Source of the DNA: Macrostomum lignano
Lineage: Eukaryota
DNA: 40,442 nucleotides
Direction: 5' to 3'
NCBI GenBank assembly: GCA_002269645.1
Contig: NIVC01004616.1
Coordinates: 1-40,442, forward strand
Positions 1 to 9,983 of the stretch are shown here, one piece after another (positions within the stretch are counted from its first letter, which is position 1; each line of letters begins with the position of its first letter). The notes beneath the pieces were generated by a model. That model did not search any database. It was not told the origin of the DNA and saw only the letters and a program-made list of their open reading frames with translations. The position numbers and the translations under genes are program-made.

Positions 1-435
1 ACAATTTCAAAGCCTGTATGGCAAAGGTAAAAGATTCTATTTAAAGAGATTTTCAGCAAACAGATCTTACAATTATTTGGGCTTGAGAAGCAACAAAAGG
101 AAGATTCTGCGTAGCGAGGCTCCGCTCTGCTTCATCTTCTCTGTTAAAACTGTCAGCTTCCTCACTAGAGTTGCCCCGCTGTTAAAGAGTTATGAATTAT
201 TCATTATGAATACGAGTTGACTGGAGTGGCGCGCATCCAGTGTGAGGACGGCGGTTGCCAGGCTGAGTGACTGCGTGTGCAGGCTGCGTGGCGACTGGCG
301 AAATTAAATTGCGGATGGGGTGGGTGTTCGTTTTTACTGCCTCTGGTAGGGTGTGGCCCATCCGGTGTGGAGGCTGCTCCTGTGAGCCATGGACCTCTGC
401 GATACCTGGACAGGGGTAGGGAGTAGGCGATTAGT

Positions 436-722
436 AGGATTGGGATTATGGAATCAGGATTGGGATTATGGGAATCAGGATTGGGATTATGGGAATCAGG
501 ATTGGGATTATGGGAATCAGGATTGGGATTATGGGAATCAGGATTGGGATTATGGGAATCAGGATTGGGATTATGGGAATCAGGATTGGGATTATGGGAA
601 TCAGGATTGGTATTATTGGAATAGGGATTGGGATTATGGGAATCAGGATTGGGATTATGGGAATCAGGATTGGGATTATTGGAATAGGGATTGGGATTAT
701 TGGAATCGGGATTGGGATTATT
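436..722. repeat. 21-bp minisatellite (AATCAGGATTGGGATTATGGG)n
   Basis: Unit recurs at 452, 473, 494...; about 13 copies; explains the ORFs at 204-830. Confidence 0.95.
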
Positions 723-1260
723 ACTAACGTAAACATATTTTCGAGAAAGTGTTAGAAAATATTCAAATTTTAAACTCGTTAGAACGCCTTTGAAAGGGTA
801 CAGTCCAAAGATAATAGTTTGTTGATCCACTTTGTCTCAAACGTGAACTCGCAACTAGAAGGGTTTAGGGTAGATTTAGCCATGTTTCCAGTCCTCCAGT
901 ATGCAGAGGTCCTTGGCATTCTAGTAAGCTCAACGCGTTGCAGATGGATTGACTTTTAGCCTTTTTTCCACTGTACTAAAATATTTTAATAAGATTTCAA
1001 GTACTGGCACGGTTGGAAAACAACACACAATAGCTAGAATGGGAATCCGGTGCAAAGCCACTCTAGCATGCCGTAGTTGAGTCTGAGTAAGTTTTCCCCG
1101 TGCATAAGCGTGACCGGCAATAATTGCAATCGTGCCTTGGCGGTAGAGGTAAAGGACTATTTTACCCCTTTATTTGCTGCTTCCCTAACTGGGAGAAAAA
1201 GAGTAGATATACCCATGAATGATTGAAAAAATGATTCGACGGACGGGTGGATGATTGCGG

Positions 1261-1340
1261 AGATGATTAGATGTATCGATGAATGATTGAATAGATGATT
1301 AGATGTATCGATGAATGATTGCATAGATGACTAGATGTAC
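1261..1340. repeat. 32-bp tandem repeat, about 2.5 copies
   Basis: AGATGATTAGATGTATCGATGAATGATTGAAT at 1261 and 1293, then a partial third copy. Confidence 0.8.
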
Positions 1341-1848
1341 AGAGGATTGGTTGATTAGTTGCACATATTGAGGATCAAATATTTCAACAGGAAATGTTTT
1401 GCTTCAACTGAGCCTCTATATTAGGAAGTGAATATTCCTGACTATACGGGGTATTAACTTTGCTGTCAATAAGAGGTATTGAATTGTACGCATTAAGTTG
1501 GAGCGCAACGCGATTGGGATATACAACTGCTGCATCTGCATGAAGTAGGGAATTAACAATATGGTTGCTGAGTTTGTAGGAGGGGGTGGAAGTTTCTGGA
1601 AGCAACTGAGGGCTGCATGAGGGAAGCTGGAGATAATGAGGAAAAATCGCTACACAACAGAGGGGTTGGCCTGCCAGAGGGATAGGCAGAAGTGCGCAGA
1701 CCCTGGCCGTGTGTATTTGGCCTCGGCCCTAGCAACGGCAAAGCAGAAAGAGAAGAGGAGGTTTGGGTGGTGGGCAGTTTTCTAGTGGATTTATTTTGCT
1801 TCTCAACGCACCCGGGAAGGCCGGACACGGAGCTGACCAGAGCCAGAA

Positions 1849-4800
1849 ATGCCCGAACCAGCGGCTGCAACTCAGAAGCCAGCGACGCCGTCTGTCAAGA
1901 AGGCGGTGCCGCAGTCCGCCGCCAGTGGCGTTAGCAACAAAACTAACGCTAGCGGCAACCTGGCTAAAGGCTCCAATGCTAACAGCGGTAAGCGAGGCAG
2001 CGTTGCCAGCGTCCCGCCGGTTTCTGCTGCCGCCTCAAGTGTTGCCAAGCAGCAGAAGCAGCAGCCTGTCCCAGTCGAGACAGTTGCGGAGCCGACAACC
2101 TTGGCAAAGCGCGCCTCATCAGTGAGCACCCTGCAGCCGGTGCGGCCGAGCAGCGGTCATTCGAAAACCAGCAGCAGCGGAGGCGGTGGCTCCATCGGCG
2201 GCATCACAGAGGAGATCGAAGTTGTGTTCCTAGAGGAGCTGGATAAGAAATACGAGTGCCCAGTCTGCAGCCAGGTGCTCCGCTACCCGGTGCAGTTTGA
2301 CGAATGCGGACACCGGTGCTGCAGCTCCTGTCTGCCCGAATTGCTCAGGTAATTCTACCCGGTTGCTAAGGACCGAGAGTGCATTGTCTTGTTATTGTCT
2401 TAAGACAGTTTGTTGACGGTAAAAATATCTGTCTCTAAGAAACAGAGTTGGTTGCTTGTTGATGTTGGCTCATTTTTTAGTGAGCAGATAGCTGCTCAGT
2501 AGTGAGCAGATAGCGGCTCAGTAGTGAGTAGATAGCGGCTCAGTAGTGAGCAGATAGCGACTCAGTGGTGAGTAGATAGCTGCTCAGTAGTGAGTAGATA
2601 GCGGCTCAGTAGTGAGTAGATAGCGGCTCAGTAGTGAGCAGATAGCGACTCAGTGGTGAGTAGATAGCGGCTCAGTAGTGAGTAGATAGCGGCTCAGTAG
2701 TGAGTAGATTGTACTCGTATCTGACTCAACGAGCAGTGGATGGCTTCATCAACCTATTCTATCACACAGCCTCACAATTTTACCTGTCCGTTGTCAGGGT
2801 GGCGCCCCGCTGTCCCCTGGACCAGATGCCCATCGACAAGGACAAGGTGTACGCGGACAAAGCGTTCCAAGTTGAGACGGACAATTTAGGCGTCAAATGC
2901 AGCTTCTACGGCCGCGGCTGCAAGTGGACCGGCGTGCTCAAGGAGCTCATGGTAAGGTGTTGCGGATTCCTGAGTGACTTAGGCGTGCTTGTAGAGGGAG
3001 ACTGAAGAATCATTCCAGAGTGACTCAGGACCGATTCCAGAGTGACTCAGGACCGATTCCAGAGTGACTCAGGACCGATTCCGGAGTGACTCAGGACTGA
3101 TTCCGGAGTGACTCAGGACCGATTCCAGAGTGACTCAGGACTGATTCCAGAGTGACTGACGACTGATTGAGGTGGGACTGAGAAATAACTGTTTCATGCG
3201 ATTATATGAACAAAATTATTTATGAACCCCTCAACCGCAGCCGCACCTGGAGTCCTGCGACCGCATGCACACGGTCTGCCTCATGCGCTGCGGAGCCGAA
3301 TTCGAAAAACGCTTCCAGCAGAAGCATCGCGACGAGGACTGCCCGAAACGGCAGGTGATTTGCCAGTTCTGCGAGCTGTCAATGCTGGCTGAGACTGAGT
3401 CCGAGCATTCGGACGCCTGTCCGAAGTTCCCCGTGCCCTGTCCTAACAAGTGCAGCAAGGAGGTGACGCGGGAGACCCTGCAGGAGCATCTGGATAGCGA
3501 CTGTCTGCAGCAGAGCCAGCCCTGCCCGTTCGCCAACTACGGTTGCGCGCACACTGTGAGCGGCTGACTTACTTATCTGCCTTGCTTTTGGACTGTCTAA
3601 TCACTTCTTGGTACATCTAGTCATCTCTGCAGTCATTCATCGGTACATCTAGTCATCTCTGCAGTCATTCATCAGTACATCTAGTCATCTTTGCAGTCAT
3701 TAATCGATACATCTAGTCATCTGTCCAATCATTGACTGACTGCACCCTATAATCTGATCTAATCATTCACCTCTCTAGGGCAAGAAGCAGGAGCTGGCGG
3801 CCCACCTGAAGGAGAACCAGATCACCCACATGGAGCTGCTCTGCGTGGCCGTCAAGCGCAGCGAGGAGGCTCGCAACGAGAAGGAGCGCCTGGCCGCCGA
3901 GCTCACCAAAAAGTTGGCCGGCATTGAACGCCGAATTGCCTGCCTAGAGAAGCTGTACGGACCGCAGCTGGTGTGGCGCATCGACTCGTATCAGGAGCGA
4001 CTGGCCGAAGCTAAAAGCGGCAAGAAGACTACTCTATTCAGCCCGCCGTTCCTCACGCACCGCTACGGGTACAAGCTGATCCTGTCCACCTGTTTATACG
4101 GCGATGGTCAGGGTAAGGTTGGAGAGTGTCTCAGCTGGTGGGGTCCAAGTACCCGCCTGTCTCCACCTCCTCTCACACCCACACGTCCCAGAAGTCGCAA
4201 AATTAGCAGCCCCTCAAACACCTCTCCCCAGAAGTCGCGCAAATAATTATCGCGATAATTATCAGCCCCTCAAACACCTCTCCCCAGAAGTCGCACAAAT
4301 AATTATCAGCCCCTCAAACACCACTCCCCAGAAGTCGCACAAATAACAGCAGCCCCTCAAACACCTCTCCCCAGAAGTCGCACAAATAACTAGCAGCCCT
4401 CAAACATCTCCCCAGAAGTCGCACAAATAACTAGCAGCCCCTCAAACACCTCTCCCCAGAAGTCGCACAAATAACTAGCAGCCCTCAAACCTCTCCCCAG
4501 AAGTCGCACAAATAACAGCAGCCCCTCAAACACCTCTCCCCAGAAGTCGCACAAATAACTAGCAGCCCTCAAACCTCTCCCCAGAAGTCGCACAAATTAT
4601 CAGCTCCCAAACATCAGCCCCTTTAAGCCCCCTTAAATGTCATCATGTACGTGCTTGTACGCACTTTTCTAACGTCCTGAAGTTCAAGCATGAAAACAAC
4701 ACCCCAAACCTTTAGCGAAAGCCTCCAAGGTTTCCACCTCTCCCTCGTTAAGTCTCTATCTGCAATATCTGCCATTCAAAGAGCAGTTAGCATCTGCCAT

Positions 4801-5143
4801 CGCCCACTCCGCAGGCCGCGGCGAGTACATGTCGGTGTTCCTGTCCATCTGCAAGAGCGAAAATGATCCATTGCTAATTTGGCCATTTGGTCATCGCGTC
4901 ACCATCTGGCTGCTGGACCAATGCGAGGACGTAAAGGCCAGACGGCACATTTGCTACTCTTTGAAGCCGAACACCTGCAAAGAGAACCGGCCTTTCTTAG
5001 GCCGCCCCACCGGCGAACGAAACGCCAGCTTTGGAGCGGTTAAATTTGTCCGACTGGAGACGCTGAATACGTTGGACTACATCAAGGACGACTCAATGTT
5101 TCTCAAAGTGCAAGTTGATTGCGAAGCACTTGTATCCCTGTGA
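1849..5143 (+). CDS. TRAF: TNF receptor-associated factor (TRAF family: RING, TRAF zinc fingers, coiled coil, MATH), 5 exons, 543 aa
   Basis: Exons 1849-2348, 2798-2951, 3241-3555, 3779-4112, 4815-5143. All introns are GT..AG with matching phases (2,0,0,1); total 1632 nt = 543 aa + TGA. RING CPVC..CGH.CC..C..CPLD (C3HC3D type seen in TRAFs), Cys/His zinc fingers, helical EEARNEKERLAAEL segment, MATH motifs LVWRIDSY, FSPPFLTHRYGYKL, WPFGHRVTIWLLDQ. In-frame TGA at 1834 lies upstream of the ATG. The paralog (TRAF3/4/6-like) cannot be assigned by eye. Confidence 0.95.
2478..2709. repeat. 22-bp minisatellite in TRAF intron 1
   Basis: (AGTAGTGAGYAGATAGCGGCTC)n, about 10 copies. Confidence 0.95.
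3012..3157. repeat. 22-bp minisatellite in TRAF intron 2, carrying TGACTCA
   Basis: (GATTCCAGAGTGACTCAGGACC)n; TGACTCA at 3021, 3043, 3065, 3087, 3109, 3131. Confidence 0.95.
3611..3722. repeat. 32-bp minisatellite in TRAF intron 3
   Basis: TACATCTAGTCATCTCTGCAGTCATTCATCGG at 3612, 3644...; about 3.5 copies. Confidence 0.9.
4187..4615. repeat. ~41-44-bp minisatellite in TRAF intron 4
   Basis: (AGCCCCTCAAACACCTCTCCCCAGAAGTCGCACAAATAA...)n, about 10 copies. Confidence 0.95.
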
Positions 5144-5424
5144 ATCGCTCATAATTAACTCAATTGATCGCTGCTAAAAGTACTAGGAAATAGGAATTAG
5201 CAATGGACACTCCGTTTCTTGAGAAGTTATATGAGGCCATATTTGCTTGGTAAAGTTTCTCTAAACTAATAAGTTTATCTTATTTAATTCAAAAAAGTAA
5301 TTTATGAAAAGAAAAGCAGTTGCCTTGACTTGTAGGCGTAAACAACCGGCTATTGGTGCAGCCATACTGTACATTAGTCTTAGTCACCTCCACTGCCCAC
5401 TGGAAATGTCACGTGGCACGCAGA

Positions 5425-5850
5425 TTTAGGCTGGAATACGGCGGAAGGCAATAAAAATTGGGGGGTAGGGATTTTGTGCGGAAAGACGCGGTCGGAGGGG
5501 TTCAGTTGGGGAGGGGGTTGGGTGAGAGAGCCAATAAATGAGCCTAGATGATGTACATGGGAGCTTTAGCCTGGAACATCGAGGAAGGCAATAAAAGTGG
5601 GGGTAGGCCGGGGTAGAGATTTTGTGCGGAAAGTCACGGCCGGAGGGGTTCAAAACCGGGGGAGGCGGTCGGAGGGGTTCAAACCCGGGGGAGGGGTGAG
5701 AGAGCCAATAAGCGAGCCTTATTACCCTTATATAATGCACATGACAACTTTAGACTGGAACACCGAGGAAGGCAATAAAATTGGGGCAGGCCGGGTTAGA
5801 GATCTTGTGCAAAAAGATTCAGGGGGGATGAGATAGATGGCCAATAAAAA
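5425..5850. repeat. Degenerate long tandem repeat (units of ~140 and ~184 bp)
   Basis: TTTAG.CTGGAA.A..G.GGAAGGCAATAAAA at 5425, 5565 and 5749, each followed by GAT.TTGTGC..AAAG and G.CCAATAA. Confidence 0.75.
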
Positions 5851-6574
5851 TCTTGTCCTAAAAAACGTTAAAATGCTTCTATTTGACTTTCTACGTACTG
5901 AACTGAAATTAGCTTAAACGCACATGTGCTAGGCTAAGCTAAGTGAATGCCATCTAGTTATTATATTATGTTATGTTGCGGTTATACGGTTGTTTAGCCA
6001 AACATAGGCCTCATAAATTTTTAGAAACGAAATGTACTCTGCTTCTACTTCTAGTGAAATATTAAGATTTAATCGTCTATTTCTGGACTAAACAATAGAA
6101 GTTGATTCGCTATTTTGATGTTACTTTGTACGATTTTTTACGGCTTTTCTCTCCTAACACAAAGAACGCTATCTTTGCTAACGAACCCTAACACAATGAT
6201 CTATTCCCAACTCCCGTCCGATAATGAATTGCACACTTCTTCTAACTTAGCGGTTACTCTATCTATTGAGTCCCCGAGAGAGTCCTTGAGAGTCGATGCT
6301 AAAGCTAATATACTATATGTGGAGTACGTAAATATTTTTCCCAGCGGGATTTATTCACAACAATAATAGCCAGAGCTTACTGGCTTAATCACATTTTGCT
6401 AATCTAATTGTTATAATGCTTTCTAGACCTAAGCAAAACATTGCGAGCACAGATTTACACCCGGATGTCTGACTGAAGTCATAATTGGGTCCTGGCCGAT
6501 TTATGGAACTGACTGAGCTGCCCTCCGCTGTCAGCTCGTTCTGTCATGGACTCTGCGCTTGAACAATCGACACG

Positions 6575-6930
6575 ACATCGGCAACCTCTGACACAATTAT
6601 CGGCACCTCTGACACAATTATCGGCACCTCTGACACAATTATCGGCACCTCTGACACAAACATCGACACCTCTGACACATACATCGGCACCTCTGACACA
6701 TACATCGGCACCTCTGACACATACATCGGCACTTCTGACACAGACATCGGCACTTCTGACACAGACATCGGCACGTTTGAGACAAACATTGGCATATGTC
6801 TGACACAAATTTCGGCAACCTCTTACACAAATATTCACACCTCTGAGACAAACATCGGCACGTCTGACACAAATATCGGCTTCTCTAAAACAGAAGCTGC
6901 AGTCTGACACAAAAATCGGTAATCAGACAC
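6575..6930. repeat. 21-bp minisatellite (ACATCGGCACCTCTGACACAT)n
   Basis: CGGCACCT at 6601, 6622, 6643...; explains the ORFs at 6479-6910. Confidence 0.95.
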
Positions 6931-8384
6931 AATAATCTATCTATAATATGACATTACACTGGTGCTATTAATACAAATTTGCAATTCGCCACGAAAATCT
7001 TACGCGAAAATTATAATCTAACACATTGTCTGCTATCTGACAGAAGTATCTGTAATTTGAAACGAAAACCTGTAGTCTGACACAACTTGGGTTGTAGCTT
7101 AGCGGTTAGAGCATGGAACCAGAGACTCCTAAAAAAAGTCTGAGCAACCTTAGTGTGTGCAGCCATTCATAGCTTGTGTAAGCAACAGTGGGTATTTTAT
7201 CTCTCAGAGGGCTGTTACGAGTCTTATATATCGGTGGTGTCAGACGATCTGACGTCCAAAGAAAAGGACAAATTGAAGCGTCGAATTAGAGAAAAAAGCA
7301 CGAAGTTTTCTGTTCACAATTGCGAATTTACTATGAAGTTAAAAATAAGCCATATTTTGTCATACATGTAAAAAAGGGTCGGGATGTGCACAAAAGCCGG
7401 TTCTAAACGGTTAAACTTAAACAGTCAGAACATGTAAAGGCCGATTCACGTATTATTTACAGTTGATTCAGACTCATTTTAACATTGATTTGAGCAATCT
7501 TGGACCCGCAGAGCTACATGTAGTGTGTTCAAGCTCAAGCATTCCATTTTGTATTCTATATTCTAAACGTAGTACCCTGAGTCATTAAAAGTCCACTCGC
7601 TGTATTGCCTCTACGAGCGTATAAGCAATTTCTAGCCTTTCCTACGTTTCAAATAGAACGTCACCTTGCTACGATGTCGAGTAGCTGTCTGCAAATAATA
7701 TATTGAGTTTCCTGTTGGCACACAAGGTGAATCCTAAGGTCACAACACATTTACTAGAGGTAGTTGTGAAACAGCCTTAATAATATTTTACCAACTACCA
7801 ATTTTTCGATCTTAGTATCATCCTTCTGTTTTGCCAAGTAACGAATCGACATCCGTTTTCTGTAGATGAGTGAAATATATACTGTGTAATTTTTGCCTAA
7901 TAGAGTGCTCTGAGTGACTATAGGCGTGACACTCTTGTTAAAAGAGAAATAATTTTCATACCTGCACTCTTGGTCTTTGAATGAAATGTGATCACTTAGG
8001 GCCGGATACCAGAAGCCGGAGATCCTAAAGCAAACCTTAGTTTTTTATCAAGTTTGGAGTTCCCAAGCTGATTCGCGATCTCCGAGTCGGAGAAAGGTTG
8101 GAAGTCGTTGGGGAGATTAGAAATTTCGATGGAGACTGCAAAGCGGCTACCATTCACCGACACGGAAATCGTAAGGTGCTTGCAGCCGCCGGAAGGAGAC
8201 CCTAAAGTCAGGAGTCCTTGCTTGAAGTGTACATGTAGTACCGATCAAGGACAATTAATGTTGTGGAGCACATTAGTGAAATTTAAAACCGTGAGAAAAC
8301 AAGGCTAATTGTAACGAGTGTATGTTCTAGTATAAGCGCTAATTGTAACGCTTTCTAGATCGTAAGAGCAGAGTAGCATGTCCT

Positions 8385-8764
8385 GGGAGACCGACAACTG
8401 ACCGCCATAATTAAACCAACGATAATTAAACCACCGACAATTAAACCAACAACAATTAAACCACCGACAATTAAACCAACAACAATTAAACCACCGACAA
8501 TTAAACCACCTACAATTAAACCACAATTAAACCACCGACAGTTAAACCACCGACAATTAAACCACCGACAATTAAACCACCGACAATTAAACCACCTACA
8601 ATTAAACCACAATTAAACCACCGACAATTAAACTGCCGACAATTAAACCACCGACAATTAAACCACCGACAATTAAACCACCGACAATTAAACCACCGAC
8701 AATTAAACCAACAACAATTCTGAAAAAAACCCGGTCAATTGTGGCGGTCAATTGTCGTAGACCC
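8385..8764. mobile_element. MITE-like non-autonomous element with imperfect ~32-bp terminal inverted repeats and an internal 15-bp tandem array
   Basis: Left end GGGAGACCGACAACTGACCGCCATAATTAAACC versus reverse complement of right end GGGTCTACGACAATTGACCGCCACAATTGACC; interior is (AATTAAACCACCGAC)n. No clear TSD seen. Confidence 0.6.
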
Positions 8765-9409
8765 GCCTGTACTGCACCGGAGGCCAGCCCACCTCATTTC
8801 CAGGCTCCTCCAGTCCAACATTGTGCGAAGCACTCAGCCTGCTGAATTTCCATTTACGAGCTACTAACAAACCCTAATTGTCTCCGGTTGCCAGTCCTAC
8901 TGACCCTTTGCAGGACTTTTGAGCCCCACTCGCCCCAGTCAACTTTCTCAGTCTCTTTTTGCACCTGCGAACCAGGCTATAACTTATAATAGCACTGTAA
9001 ATTTCTCATTGGTCATTTGGAGCCTCGTAAGCCTCAAGAAGGGTTTGAATAGTTGAATACAAAACTCATCGCATATTAGCCGCGAACTGAAACTTGGTGG
9101 CACACAAAACTAGAGACTTCACTATAGCCATCGTTTCGTCTTCTAATAAGTTCGGTGAGTAAATTGGCTCATGTTCACGACCTACATCTACATGCGATCT
9201 TCTGTAGTGTTTTTACTGCGTTGCTCAAAGGTGCAGCCTAAAAAATCTTGGTTTTATCAAGTTTTAAAAACAAAAGCTGTTTATCTTGCGTCTCGTTATC
9301 CCCGAAAGTTATGTATATGTTATATTCTGGGCCTCCCTTACCATGGTATCCCTCCCTTATCCAAAGACTTAAATGAAATAGGATTCACTTCATTTCATCA
9401 ACCGGCCTA

Positions 9410-9745
9410 AGAGACAGAGGTAGGGGGCGCAAACCAAGAGACACGGGCGCTAATCAAAAGACACGGGCGCCAACTAAGAGACAGGGGCGCCAACAAATAG
9501 ACAGGGGCGCCAATCAAGAGACACGGGCGCCAACCAAGAGACAGGGGCGCCAACAAAGAGACACGGGCGCCAACCAAGAGACAGGGGCGCCAACAAAGAG
9601 ACACGGGCGCCAACTAAGAGACAGGGGCGCCAACCAAGAGACAGGGGCACCAACCCAGAGACAGGGGCGCCAACCAAGAGACACGGGCGCCAACTAAGAA
9701 ACAGGGGCGCTCATCAAAGAGTCAGGGAGCGCCCACAAAGACATC
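9410..9745. repeat. 20-bp minisatellite (ACAGGGGCGCCAACCAAGAG)n
   Basis: Unit at 9481, 9501, 9521, 9541...; about 16 copies. Confidence 0.95.
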
Positions 9746-9983
9746 AAATAGTGGCGCCCCTAAGGGTTGCGGCCCCTCCAATTCAAATTTATGCGTATCG
9801 CTAGCTAGGATTTGTAGAATCTGCTTATCTGCTTGCCAAAAATGTTTTTTCTAAGGAAAGCAATTTTTTTCAGTAAAATTTTCATAGGCTCGAGTAACTT
9901 CGCGTTATAAACTTGCCGATAGATTTCTAGCTGGTAGAAGGCTATTTAATATGAAAATCAACACAAATTTTAGCCTCACAAAA

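Noticed and set aside
204-830. NPNPDSH-repeat ORF reminiscent of Plasmodium circumsporozoite repeats
   Set aside because: Translation of a 21-bp minisatellite; flanks are not coding-like and other frames are equally open.
1384-2129. Short ORFs upstream of and antisense to TRAF exon 1
   Set aside because: No motifs and no consistent splice structure; those overlapping exon 1 are shadows of its GC-rich sequence.
4104-4593. ORFs 4104-4346 and 4390-4593 and the tail of 3830-4246
   Set aside because: Read-through into the intron 4 minisatellite; the spliced frame rejoins MATH at 4815.
7153-7371. YLSEGCY...SKEKDKLKRRIREKSTKFSVHN resembles the N-terminus of Gin/Ginger-type integrases
   Set aside because: I could not find the downstream HHCC or DDE motifs in any frame; too short to support without a profile search.
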